DNA from: Ancylonema sp.
Lineage: Eukaryota
Reading direction: 5' to 3'
Assembly (NCBI GenBank): GCA_050230475.1
Contig: JBFLGF010000138.1
Span: 1-64,000, forward strand
DNA: 64,000 bases
Each line of letters starts with the position of its first letter. The stretch's first letter is position 1. Shown piece by piece: positions 13,293 to 32,722 of this stretch. Position numbers and translations under genes: made by a program. Below the pieces are notes generated by a model that was given only the letters and a program-made list of their open reading frames with translations, did not search any database and was not told where the DNA came from.

Positions 13293-14111
13293 TATCGACA
13301 AAGGTAAAAAGGTGGTGTCAAATGGTTAGCTTTCGATCGAGCTACACTAGTCATTTAGTACGACCGTGATTCCCTTGAGACCGGAATTTTGCGATGAATT
13401 CGAGACCAACTACATGATTCTAACCAATTCACGTGTACACACATTAAATATTTAAAGGGCAAGAGTATCAGATAAAGAGGTACGGGTGTCCTTTCATAAT
13501 GCAAAGTGCCGAATTTCACTCACTCATGTTGTGTAAATATATTTCTATACTCCACCGTTTCTATAAGTGTTGATTATGCTTTTCAACCCAAGCAACAAGG
13601 CATACCGGAAAACCATTGACATAAGGACAGTTGGCCATGTGGAACCATCCATCGACAAGACATCACGACCCTACAACACGACATATAGAATCGAGGATGA
13701 TTTGTGACCAACGGACAAATGGTGACCCATATATTCGCTTATAAAATTGATAAAACCGTATTGATGTCAAGCATGACGGGCTCAAACACGGGATCGGGGC
13801 TTGAAAGTTGTCGTGACTCTATCCGAACTCCGAAACATAAAGGGAGCATATCAATCCACACAATCATGTTCTATCTTGAATATAGTAAATTGTCTAGAGT
13901 CACAGGAATGAAGCTTTAAACCCACAACCCTAGTCAAACACCATCGATCGAATAAAAAGGGCGGGCATGCCACTCAAAGCGGACACGCGCCTCACCCATG
14001 TGTCCACGTGTCATGCAACTATGATTTTTGTATCATGGACTGATGGTCACACTTGCATGATCATTTGTTTGACAACAAAAAACATTTGGTATTGATTTGG
14101 TCCACATGGTT

Positions 14112-17100
14112 TCAAATCCCGAGCTTTTCTCGAGGGATACTAATGAGTTTCAAGGTCTCTTCCCATACAAGGTCCTCTACCCCTTTCTTTCGCGAATGTT
14201 TGGAAACCTTGGTAGGTCTGCAGGAAGGTATCCAGTAGCATGCTTCGGATCCGGGTAACCGACTTGATGCTCCGAATTCGGCCAACACGGGTTGCGTGGC
14301 ACAATACAAAGTCACTCGGGCCCCTGCAATTTCACACACAAACACACCAGCCGAGTTTATGAGTACACATGGGGAGTAATAAGAACTCAGACCTAGAACC
14401 TCGATACAAGATACTTGTGCAATGGAATAATTGTTCTTACAAGGTAGACTTTCCTTCAAAACCTCCACCATTACACCATGAAAAACCCAATAGAACCGTT
14501 GGATAATATAAACAATCTTCCTTTCCCTTTTTGCTTGTTTCTCGTATGGAAGATCTACCGAAACATGCCACACAATCATTTCACAAGGTTAGAAGAATTA
14601 GATCTTGCCAATATATTTGCAAAGATGTAATGAAACTGCCACACCACCCTTGTGACTTACAACTTGGGGACTACAAAACAGTGTAACAAGCACCATGCGC
14701 ATTGATCACATTATACTTCCTACTTGTTTGTTCACACTCAACCTCTTTGTACACAGTGATACAATAAATTTGGTCGGTCAAATGTCACAGATGTTACAAA
14801 TGGCTTGAAAATTTCTCAAAAGCGACTTGTTATATTCTGATAATTTGTGTGGCAAACGATCGCGCTCGGGAAAGACAATAGTTATTAAAAAGGAGTTTGT
14901 GAACTCATAGTCGAAGTTCACATACAAGATTTGGTATTAGTTCAGTTTTTGTTTGCCTCATCAAGAATGCAGCTGAAGTATTGAAACAATTGAAACAAGT
15001 GCAAACATACATTGGATGCATCCTAACTTTTCGCACCTTGAGATGAGTTGATACAGAACCAGATCACATTTTTGTAGAGCCATTGTAGGAAGAGAGGGAG
15101 AGAGCGACCCTGTCAGTCGCACACATGAGCCCCACATGATCCCAGTATGAGCCCAACATGATCCCAATATGAGCCCAATATGATCCCAACAGGGTACCTT
15201 CAATGGCTTTTCACAAATTGGCGGAAAAAGCATGTTGTTCCAAAAAACAAGAAATTTCGGAAACGTGTTGTTAGTATCGAACTTTTTTGTCTTAGTCTAC
15301 ACGAAAATTTGATGCCACTTTATACGGGCATCACATTTTTATTTTTTTTTGCCCGTCAACATTGTGATGACTTGAGAGTTTCTTTCTTCGTGATTAGGTT
15401 CCCTTCCTATTGTTAGGACTCGGAAACAATCAAAGCACATCCCTCAACTGACGCACTCCGTTTTTCTCACAAGGCACACGCTCAAGACCTTGCAATCTCT
15501 CCATTATTGTTTTGGGGTTTTTACATTCACTACTGGATTTTTAGCATCGCATGTTTCTTTACTATGAGGCGTGTGATAAAAATTATTATGCGAGTTGATA
15601 TCATAAATATTTTGAAGGAATAATTTCGCCGGCCTAATGTTTTGCATCTGCAATGTAGCCCGAGTCAACTGATCAATTGTCTAGAGTAACACTTTGTTAC
15701 TTTCAAAGAGAGTATCTCCGTCCCAAAAATGTTGATTTAGAAAACGTTTACAGTACTACTATGTTGATCTCTGCTATCCAAGATGAAGAGATTCTTTTCA
15801 CCAAAGTTTGAGCATTGACCACTATTGAAGCTCCATTAGGTCCCTTCCTCCTCAACCCGCCCCTTTCACCCCCCTACATTAAAATCGTGCCTCCGGTTGG
15901 ATCTTACCACATTCGTCACCACCTCCCCCGGGTGCACCGCCACCACATCGATTCCCCATTCGGGAGGAAGCTTTGAGTGAAGCGCGAGGGAGAAAAGTAG
16001 CTGTGGAAAGGGGCGGAAAAAGAAAGGGAAAGAAAAGAAACGAAAAAAAACCTCATGGGGACTCATTCTGGCGTGAAAATAGAAACATTGTTCGTTATTG
16101 GCTCCTTTTATCTCCACTATAGGCCGCCCAAATGTGTGATTATGTTCGTAGACGTGGCGTACATCGAAATCTTCCGAGCGAGATGTTGATACTAAGAGTC
16201 CAAAGGCTCATTCTTTTTAACCTCTTGCAACAAAACAAAAAAAAAAAAAAAAAAAAAAAAAAAACATATATGCAAACCAGCCTCCCTCCGAACCTATCCT
16301 TCTTTGTATGCCTCTCTACAAGTGCAATCGAATCCGAAGAAGACCAAAGACTCGAGTCTTTCTCTATGGATGCACCCTGTGCGTTGTTCCTGTGTAATTG
16401 TGCACCTGCGCCAGTTTGCTCTGCCCGTAGGCGGATGCGGAGTTGTACGCTCTACCCCCTGTGAAGTGGAGGTCGAGGAAATTCAGGTCGCCGACTCCGT
16501 GCATCTACGAGACATTGGGGGGCAAACCAAACCGTGCACACAAAATATGTACAACCGCATCGTAAATGAGTCGTATATGAAAACAGAGGCAGGGGGGTCC
16601 CCTTCGTTACGCAGTGCATTGCACTATTATTATTGATGATTAAAAAAATTAAAATGAGGGGAAAAAAATAGAAAACCAAAAAAAAATAAAAAACCAACAC
16701 AAAAAAAGGGTCTAGATTTCAGCCTGCCTCTATCTTTTGTCCTGTACACCGATAAGGGCCCCTTCATCCAACCCTCTAGAGTCAACCCTCGTTACAAACA
16801 CCCTTAATGTAAAGACTACCTCGACATAAAGACTACCTCGATCTAACAAAAGACACCCACGGAACGGAGCTTGAAAAGTCAAACAACCTTGAGTCAACAG
16901 TGGCGTCCTTGACCTGGCCACGTGTCATTCCGGTACCATACAGAGAGAGTAGAGGGGTGGCCTACAACGGAGTTGACGTTGATGACTCGACCCTCGCCTG
17001 TCTGTTTCATAGCCGGGAGCAGCACGAGAGTGAGTAGGGAGGGGGCGAGGTAGTTGACTGCAACGTGCTCTTCAAACCCTTCGGATGTCACCTTGAGACG

Positions 17101-18367
17101 ACCTGCGGGGAAACTGCGGATCATGATTCGACACAAATGGAGAGGCAGCCTAACGACGAGGGAAGAAGGACGCCTTGTATGACATGATGGGGAGAAGGAG
17201 AAGGAGAGGGAGTGGGAGAGGGAGAGTGAGAGGGAGAGGGCGAGGGAGAGGGAGAGAGAGAGAGGGAGAGACAGAGAGAGGGAGAGAGAGAGAGAGGGAG
17301 AGAGAGAGAGGGAGAGAGAGAGGGAGAGAGAGAGGGAGAGAGAGAGAGATAAAGAAAGAAAGAGGGAGAGAGCGAGAGAGGGCAAGAATGCTACTACTAT
17401 TAAACCTGTCTAAAAGAATACTGTCTAAAAAAACAACCTCTCTCAAAGTAAAGAAATGTCCCTCCCAACGTTGGGGGAGTGTAATTGATTCAAAATCGTC
17501 CGGAATAATATTTTTTAACCACCCGCGATTCGTGCAAAAAAAAAAAACACGGAATCCGTACACTTTGGTACATCATCGGATACTTCCGTGAAAAATCACA
17601 ACCTCCAAGACGAGAAATTGTGAGAAAAAAACATGAAGCGTCCTACATGACAAAACAGTTGCATCGAAAAAATTGGCGGGTGGTACGAGTGCCTTCCCGG
17701 TGCACATACAGTGTCAGAAACTACACCCCCTATTGAAAGAAAAAAAACAACAATATTATTTTAGACCGATTTTATTGTATTTTGTAAAGTTTAAGTTAGA
17801 AGGAGCGATGTGCATGCACAACACATTCGCAATATTACTGTTGTCCACTTTGCCCCATAGCAACACTCTAACATCTTGCAAAAGTGATAATTCGTAGGCA
17901 CCCTGACAACGAAGCACGTGTTACTACATGCACTCAAATCTTCACATTTCACATTTCTCTAGGGAATACTTTGGTGCTCTACTGAGAGTGTGGCTTTACA
18001 GAGGGGTAAAGTTGTGATTTACTCTAAACTTTTTGAATTCCGGTCGCCAACTTTTGGTGCCTTCATATAAAGGGTATCCTATTTAGAGGGTGCCTCCATA
18101 TAGGGTATCCTATTATGATTATGCACACCCTTATGATTATGCACACCCTTCATAGAAAGGGTGTGCCTATTCAGAGGGTGCCTTCCCATAAAGAGTGTGC
18201 CTAGTTAGAGGGTGTCTTTGCAAAGGTTTCCCCATACCTGCCATGGAAAACATCCCAGCATTGTTGATGAGGACATGAAGTGGACGGTTACCCCATCCTG
18301 AGGCGAAGGTGCGCACGGAATGCAGAGATGAGAGGTCCAGCTCCATGACCTGTCAAAAGCGGTTAAG

Positions 18368-18398
<31 letters not shown>

Positions 18399-19576
18399 TT
18401 TTTTTTTTGTGGTTGTTGTTGTTGCCCCTTGTGATGAAGAAATAGTGTTCCTAGTGCATCCTTTTATCTTGATGTCCGTTTCTCTAAGACTCCCGAAAAA
18501 TATCGTTAGGTTGTTAAGTTAGGTTCTTAGGTTAGGTAATTAGGTTAGGATTTGTCTTTAGGTTATCAGGTTATATTGTTAGGTTAGGGTCATTCTTTAG
18601 GTTATTAAGTTAGGTTTATATTAGGTTACGTTACTAGGTTGGAGTCAATCCTTAGGTAATTAGATTATGTTATTCTTTAGTATATATGAAGTGTTCTTAC
18701 AAACGGTTCGGGGTCATGTTAGTGGCGAAATTGAACCACACTGGAACCATCAGCATAACGAGTACCTCGATATGGTGACACATTTTGAGGATTGAATGCC
18801 CCCCCACCTCTATGAACTGCTACTCGTGGACCTACATGTACATATAACAACACACATCCAGGATTATTTTGTGTCGCTATATCCAGGTTCTATAGTAATG
18901 AGTTCTTCCTGGGTAGATGATTAGCGAGTTAAACTCGGACAACTCTATGACAAACTACAACACGGAAGTTTGTGGATCAGAATTAGTACATGGCAATATA
19001 GACACACGTGAAATACCCCATAGTCGATTGAAAAGACTGCGAAGACATCGCACGACCATTGTTCTACATCACGTGAAGGACTGCATGCCTACGTGGACGC
19101 ACCTCCACGTGGCCCCCCTCGTATTCTTCCCGAAACTTCTTCGCGAGGGCATCTCCTAGAGTTGTGTTTCGGCATGCCAGAACAACAAGTGCTCCCTTCT
19201 TTACCAACTCCCTGGCAACAGCGGCCAGGGGAGTCCAGGGTCAGGATTTCTTTCGAATGCGGTACGAGCTAAGCTGAGATCGGGATCTCAGAGCGGCTGA
19301 AGCTGCAACAGTAGTCTGAGGGTCACCAAATCCTTCTGTGTGTGGTGACAACCCCTTCTCCTCGATTACAAGATGTGGTCCCTGAACTTACCTCGCAGTT
19401 TCTAAACCGATGCCACTAGTCGGCCCAGTAACAATGCAGGTCTTGCCTTTGATACTTTCGTGACAAACATCAGCTGCACCTCCGACCTCTCTTGCACTCC
19501 ATTTTTGCAAGATTGTATCAAGAACCACTAGCCAGTAGGCCCATAATTTCTCCCAAATCGTCAAGGAGATGTCCAT
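14112..19576 (-). CDS. FEY: Short-chain dehydrogenase/reductase, FOREVER YOUNG-like (8 exons)
   Basis: Exons 19576-19392, 19211-19103, 18349-18238, 17102-16966, 16504-16406, 16000-15908, 15109-15037, 14323-14112. TCIVTGPTSGIG (TGxxxGIG), LHVLINNAGMF, VNYLAPSLL, RVINVNSVMH, catalytic YGQSK, VHPGEVVTNV; N-terminal W..W..V...ILQK and C-terminal CRP...VWEETLKL match my recollection of Arabidopsis FEY. Confidence 0.9.
17190..17381. repeat. GA-rich microsatellite in SDR intron
   Basis: (GA)n / GAGAGG array. Confidence 0.9.
18505..18670. repeat. Degenerate TTAGGT simple repeat in SDR intron
   Basis: Repeated ttaggtt units. Confidence 0.7.
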
Positions 19577-20176
19577 CTCGCAAGGGATCAATTGCGCGGG
19601 CGGAGGCAGCTCTGGATTCTGCACAACATCAGATAGTCGCGTGGCGCATGTCTGTCTGTATTCCGCGTTCACTTTCCCAATCAAAATTTCCGTGGGAAGT
19701 CCCGCCCGCGGGAGAAACTCGGACGCAATTCCCGGTTCGGGGATAATATGCGGGGAGCCCAAGAAGCTCGGAGCCCACAAGATCCAAGCTCATAGAGCCC
19801 GGAGCTCAAAGGAGACCAGCTCGGACCAAGCTAGATCCGGGCTCCGATCACTGGATATGAGCCCTGAGCTGGGATCAGATTCGGGCCCCGAGCCCGAGCT
19901 CAGTTTTTTCAATTTTTCTTTGCTGTGCTATTTTGGGCAACTTCGTCATCAAACGAGTTGATGCGCGACCTTTACGCTGCATCCAAGTTCAAAATCTCAG
20001 ATGGTACTACAAAACCATCACACCATTCAAGCTCGTCTACACAAAGGGATTCGCATAAGTTTGGCACTACTAATACTCGGATACTCGGGATCAATGATGG
20101 GATCTCTTTCTTAATGTTTTACGTATGGTTTGTATAACATGCATGTTATTCATGTCTATATTATCATAATCGTTTA

Positions 20177-20556
20177 AATGTACCGTTAGAGGTCGGGATT
20201 ATGCAAGTAGCGCTAACTCTAGTGTCTCTATTGCCCCCCGTGGGGTTGCTTTGGTTTTTGGGTTTTCTTTAGTTTAAATTTTTATTTTTATGGTCGGTAT
20301 AACTTGCATTTGAAAAATATTTTAAAAAGGAATAAAAAAATGTTTTAAAAAAAAAAAAAAAAAAAAACGAAAATATTAATTAAGAATGAATTATAAAAGA
20401 GATGATGTTTTAATGTAAAATAAAAATAAAATAAAATAAAATAATGTAAGAATAATAAAACTTCATTGATTTTTTAATGTACCGCTAGAGGCTTGGCTTA
20501 CACAAGTAGCGCTAGCACTAGTGGCTCTATCGGCCCCCTTGGGGTTGCTTTGTTTT
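20177..20556. repeat. Two ~80 bp imperfect direct repeats (20177-20258, 20476-20556) around an AT-rich spacer
   Basis: aatgtaccg(t/c)tagagg...caagtagcgcta...tggggttgctttg occurs twice. Confidence 0.75.
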
Positions 20557-21879
20557 GTGGTGTTTTTGTTTGTTTTTTTTACATGGTATTCACCTCTAGG
20601 GATCGTGCTCTCACCCAAAGAAATATAAATGAAGTGACTAGCCACACACTTTTACATCATATGTAGTACAAAGTGAGTACCTACGAACCTTGTAATGAAG
20701 GGGGTTGTTTGGAAAAACTCCACACTTCACAAACAAAATTGCACAAGAGTCATGGTATCTATGCAACGCTGTGTGTGACATGTGTGTTTCGGGCATAGTT
20801 TTGTCCCGGACGCTTGTCTAGGACGTGTGTCCAGGCCCGTGCGTGTCCTAGACATGTCCAGAGACCCCCGGACACGTCTGGGGCCATGCACATTTACAAA
20901 AAAAATATGTTGTGCACTCCAATTTAAAATCGGCATTGGAGTGAACTTCACCTTGCGCATAAAACGATGTGGTATTGCACATGTCCTTGTATGTAGTTCG
21001 GTAAACGCGACACTTACCTAGAAAATACCATTCACGTTTTCATCTGAAGATTATGACATGCACGCTCAATCTCACACTTCAAGACAATTGTCAATATCTG
21101 ACCCCATTGAAAGTGTAAATAGGAGATGATAAACACCGACTCGCCACTTATTCGATTTCCTGAACGAAGACTTGTGCTTCATGGCAAAAGTTGCAATGCA
21201 AATTGATTTTCGGAAAAGAAGCTCGTGGTAATAATATAACAAAAACATAGTTCACGACACGAACTCAATTGCATATTAGAGTTGACAAACTCATCGTAAA
21301 AATATTACGATAAAGTCCAATCTGAAAGGTTGATCCCTTGTTCTTTGTTTTTTCAATTGCACCACTTTCTACATGCTTGACATTCAAGATTCATACAAAT
21401 GAAAACTTGGTGGATCCCAACGACGGATCATTCGTCCTACATCATAGGCCTACTATTTTGACAAGGCTAGACTAAGAGATCCGACGCCAGGCATGTTTTC
21501 TCCACCAACACCACTCTCCCCCTTGAAACATGACACAAATTGTTGCTGCGTCACCTGCGGCAATAGACATTGGTGCCATGGTAGAGTCTCAAAGCGGTGT
21601 GTGCAATTCACAAATTTTGATCACATGGTAAGGTCATACTCAAGCCACCAACATTATGCCCAAGATATCGTGCCTTCTTTATTGCCTTAGGCATTCAACA
21701 ACGCGAGACACCATTTTCGAGTAATAATTCTCTACTACAGAATGGCAGACTCAGAGCTAGACAAGGCACCCATGTGCGATGGTGGACGAGAGGCCTGATG
21801 ATCATCAAAACCCTAGCATGGATCACAATTCTGGTCAACCACTGAGATCACCTCGACTGTGATTTATAGAGATGGTCGG

Positions 21880-22150
21880 CACAGCACATACATTGGATGT
21901 AGCTATCAGGTGCCGACGATATCTCTAATCTGCAAACTACGAACTGAGAAAATTACTGGAGACCTGTGCAGAGATGCAACCATCTGGCTGAGGCTGACAT
22001 ACATATTCTTGAGTGTACAGATAGTACAAATGCCAAAACAACAGGTTTCAGCGCCATTCCCTCCCGCAACCTGCAAACGCAAGAAGGAGCAGCACACAGT
22101 AGCATCAAGAGCGTGGCCAGCCATGCGACAAACATTTTTTTTTTAAATCT
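21880..22150 (+). mobile_element. Possible decayed 3' end of a non-LTR retrotransposon ORF2
   Basis: Frameshifted peptide RPVQRCNHLAEADIHILEC resembles the C-terminal CCHC region of LINE ORF2; weak. Confidence 0.25.
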
Positions 22151-23011
22151 GCAGATGTCTTCAATCAGATGAGCAAAGAACGATGCGGACGTGACTACAG
22201 AGAAGCTGCTCCATAGAGGATGCTGCAAACACCCAAACTATTCAGTGGAATGAGAATATGTTTGAAAAGATGAAGAGTTCTCGGAGACTTACATTTTCCT
22301 ATCGAGTTAGTGCTCTGCCTTGCTTTTGCTCATCTTCGAGCTCATGCCATCAACGAAAAGGTAAACTCCGAAAGCAGCGACTGCAATGCCCAGACCAGGA
22401 AAAGCGAAACGAAGCTGGTTGGTGAGCATAGGATGATTCCGGAAAGCGTCGTTTCTTTTGAAGAAGTCGCTGGGGCCCGCCATTGAAGGGTATCAGACGC
22501 AGTTCCAATGGATCCGCCCTCGCTGTCACCACTCTCAGGAGACCCTCAGCAATGTGTTCTCCGACGAAGGCGTATGAAGTCCCCCAGGTTCTGGAGCTCC
22601 CCGGTAGGAATACCCCAGTGCATGTGCGCGACCCCGAGATAGCGCGAGGGTCCAACGGGACCCGACGTTCGAAAATGTTCCCAACATCCGAAGGGGTTCT
22701 CGGTGGGTTTGCGGGTTCAGGATTTGTTTCTCTGAACCTCAAATGTATTTTTTGCCCAGTACATTCTGGTGAAAAAACCCTGAAAAATATAAATTCCTCC
22801 AGCGTTACAGTTTTTATCTCGCGATAATTTTCCTCCATTCCTTTTCTCGATTCTGCTGAGAGTACAGGGATCACGTTTTCTTGATTCCAAGTTACAGTCG
22901 TAATTGCTTCGCCATTTAGAGGCCCAACGAATTCTAAGACGACGACTGAACACCTTGGTCAGCGATAAGCGAATCATTGCCTTTATCCAGTGGAGATAAC
23001 ACGAATCCCTA

Positions 23012-29030
<6,019 letters not shown>

Positions 29031-29734
29031 ATCGGCGGCGTGTCTTTTTGGAGACCATTTGAGTCTTGTACGGAGATGGTTGTAGAGAAGTTGTAGTATG
29101 GTCGAGCAGGTGTAAATGCTATGTTATATTTGCACATGTGGGCACGGGTGTGAACGTGTTTTTTATTTTTGCAGGCACAAAACTTGCTATGTTCTTCATT
29201 TTGGGATCCCAAAGAAAAGCGTGCGTGTTTTATCAGGCCTTTACCTCGTTTCTAGGGGTTTTGTTTTGATGGAGGTATCCGGTATCCGTTCCGGATCGAT
29301 CCGAATTGGTCTGCATGTTTCAGAGATACATTGAGTCAAGAGAACCTTGTCATCGTTTGTTCCTAACAATTTGATATCATGCACAATATTTCTAGTAGTC
29401 CTTTGTACTTTAGTCACACCACAAATAATCAATTGCAATTTTAAATAGCCATTCAATTAATGATGGCCTCACATGTAGCGTTTTGACAAAGCAAATGTTT
29501 TTGTAAGTACGACCGGGATGTTCGGGACAACTTTTATGGCGGCAAAATGCTGCATTGAATGCTTGAATGGATGTGACCCACTTTTTCATTGATCACACAA
29601 AGAAATACAATACGGAATGTTATGTACAACACGAGCTTTTAATGGTGTGTATCACACATCATTTAAGGTGGAGGTTGCACACTGAGTAACCTCCCGCTCG
29701 CCGATAGCAGCACGTCACGGAATTTCGCACCATA

Positions 29735-32722
29735 TCATAGAACAATATCAACCACCTTCGGTCCCTCTCCTCGTTCTAGAACGAACTCTTCTTCTTTGTA
29801 CAACCCGTCTACTTCGACCACTACTTTGTACCTCCCAAGAAAACTTTTCGAGGAAAAAGTCCCCCCATTAGAGATTGTTCTTGAAACCCTCCCGCTGCTC
29901 CATTCCTTCACAACCTTCTCCAATCGCTTCCCGGATTCACATAGACACCAATCCCCCGAAACGAGATGCGCATTTTTTCGAAACATACCCCCACCGTCCA
30001 AGCCTCTCCAGAATCCCCAAAGCACCACCCCCCCAACCACCGGGTGTGCAAATGCAACCCTCAACATCATCTCAAAATCGTCGGCCCGTACCATCTCGTC
30101 CTCTGATTCCACATCAAGTTCGGTTAACCAGATCGGCAACCCCGCCTTTGCCAGCGTCTCGAATGCTTCGTATACATGCCTGGGGACCGGATTCGTTATA
30201 TGCGCTTGGATTCCGATACCGTCTACGGGAGCCCCGTTTTTCAGCAACATTTGTACCGATTCCAAGTACTTTTCGGGGCTCGAGTTCACGTCCATCCCGT
30301 CTTCCACGCTGTAGTCGTTCACGAAGAGGAGCGCATTTGGGTCTGTCGTTTTGGCCAATTGGAACATGCGGGTGATGATCCCCGGCCCAAGGCGGTTATT
30401 GAAATATCCTCCATGCAACATCTCGTTGTTCACATCGTAGTGAGCGAAACGACCCTTGTAACGAGACAAGAGGGATACCACTCTATTGTCAATGGCCCCT
30501 GCAATTATCAAGGTTTGGGAAAGGGAGTGTAGAAGGGATGAGGGGATGCTCAAAGTCAGAGGATAACTATGTCTCTAAGTTGTTTGTGGGGGACAGTATT
30601 TGCACACCAATTTATCCTTGAAAGTGGTCCACAAGGGAAAACAAGTTATGAAGGATTCAGGACAAAGTGTTGATTTTTGGTTTTTTGAGGGAGTATAGGG
30701 TGCCGATGGGGAAGGCCATGGATGCATACCTAGTAAAAAAAACGATGCGTTTATTTGAGATACCTTCAAAGAGATGAGATGTTTTTCTTTTGTTTTCATT
30801 AGTTATCTACAGTCCCTTTCCTCCTTCCCCAAGACACATTGTTTTTTATTCTTGTGGGAAAAAAAAAAAAAAAAAAAAAAAAAAAACTTTGACACAAAGA
30901 CAAGGGTCACATTGGAAGCGTCGTAAGTGACGGGATTCATTGCACCATTTGTACGGATTTGCAACAATGTGTACGGATTCGTGGGGAGTTGTACGGCTTT
31001 GTACGAATTCGACCTGCCAAATGTGCGTCCGACAACCCGTGAAGCCACGTAGGCACTTCGTTGTCCCAAAATATGCAGTGGCCGCGGGCGGGAATGCCCT
31101 TCTCCTCGAGCCACGTGAGCATTTCATCGGCCGGTCCGTACTCCGTCTGCCCTCGGGCGCTTTCCATTTGCGCCCATTTTAACTCGTTTTCGAAGACGGC
31201 GAAATTGAAGTGTTCGGCAAAAAAATGACGGTATCGATGGTTGCGGAAGTGGTATTGGTTCATGCACGATCCAATGGCGAATCCCGGAGCCACGTGTGTG
31301 AGAGTCACCTTGGCAGGCGGGAGGGGTGCTCCCGATGATGACGTCACACGAAGGGTGACGTCACGTTTCCTCACCTGCGAGGGGCAATTGTTTCTGACTC
31401 TCAGTCCACCCCAAAATGAATATATTAGTATGAAGGAGTAGTGATCAAGTCTAAAAATATATCGCCATATTGCCATATTGCCCTTTGGTGTGGCGTGCCC
31501 GCATGGTACCCGAACAAAATCATGTACGGATCCCAACCGCGCCCAGCTATCTTCCCCAATCGGAGTAGGAGAGCGGTAGGAGGTGGTACGGATGGGAATG
31601 GTCAGGGTGGTTAGGGTGGTTAGGGTGGTTAGGGTGGGTAATGTTCTTTCGATGCAATGAAGTGTCGATGAAGAGCCTTCATTCTTGACCAAGTGAGATC
31701 TATTACTACCATTTCACAATATTTGTAAAGAATCCGTACATATAGTCATGCGATCTTGTTCATAGGATATGTATCGTCACATTTGTATGATCCAAGTGCG
31801 GACTCGCACGTGTCATTACGTGGATATAAATAAATTGAGATTGATTCGTGTGTACGTATTTGTGATGATGGTGTGCCCATTCCGCCACCGATTCCCAACC
31901 TTGTTGGGAATCGAGGTGGACTCGGAGGTTCACCCGACCTTGTAATAAAAACAAGGAGGCGTGTGAAAGAGCAATTATTATTTCCGTACATTTAAACCTT
32001 TGTAAAGGCACCCTCTCCCTAGGAACAACCTTCATCTCGAAACCCAAATCTGGCAAACAAGACATGCACATCCTCTACATTCTACCCTCCATAAAAACAC
32101 CAAAATGTACCCAACCGAAAAACGTGCATGTAGAGAGGTTTGGCCGCACCTTCTCCGCCATTTCCTTGAGTTCTTCGATAACCGCATCTGGATTCTGAGG
32201 CACTACCCGCACGTCCGCCGCCCAGATATCCACCCCCGCCGGCGGACCCTGAAAGTAAAACTTCACCAACTCCACCCTCGGCTTCTTCTCCAGTCGAAAA
32301 GCGCCGATGCATCGCGCCCAAGCGCCGGATTTCGCCTCAATTGCGCCAATGGGGACCCAGTAGTCGTCTACCGCTAACATCATCTCTACTTTGGTTGGGG
32401 GCGGGGGTGGGAGGGTGGGGGAGCCAATACGAACCCAAGCAGAGACCGCGTACGTGACTCTAGGATCGACACGTGGCAGCATGTGACAGGGCCCTTGCCA
32501 GAATTCGTGGCGGTTGGAGCAGATAATGTACGGAGCTGTGGGGCCCGCTAGGGAGACCGGGTGGGAGGGATGGGGGGGGGAGGAGGGGGAGGTGGGGGGG
32601 CCGTGAGGGGAGCCGGCTGGGGAGGGTGGGAATGCGGTTATGGTTTCGGATCCGGCGTGGCCAAACCAGCCAGCTGTACCGTCGTTGAAAGATCCGCTCC
32701 GGAGCAGATTGGCGGGGGGTGG
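29735..32722 (-). CDS. Endo-1,4-beta-xylanase, N-terminal CBM4_9/CBM22-like module + GH10 domain (copy 1; first coding exon not resolved)
   Basis: Exons 32722-32150, 31374-31014, 30498-29735. YAVSAWVRIG, FYFQGPPAGVDI (CBM); AVFENELKW, RGHCIFWD, YDVNNEMLHG (acid/base Glu), LFVNDY, GIGIQAH, PIWLTELD (nucleophile Glu), VVLWGFW. Confidence 0.92.

Noticed and set aside
16894..17591. Low-complexity ORFs (SLSLSL, RERERE) and similar ORFs at 24332-24621 and 38368-39204
   Set aside because: Translations of intronic tandem repeats or antisense shadows of real exons.
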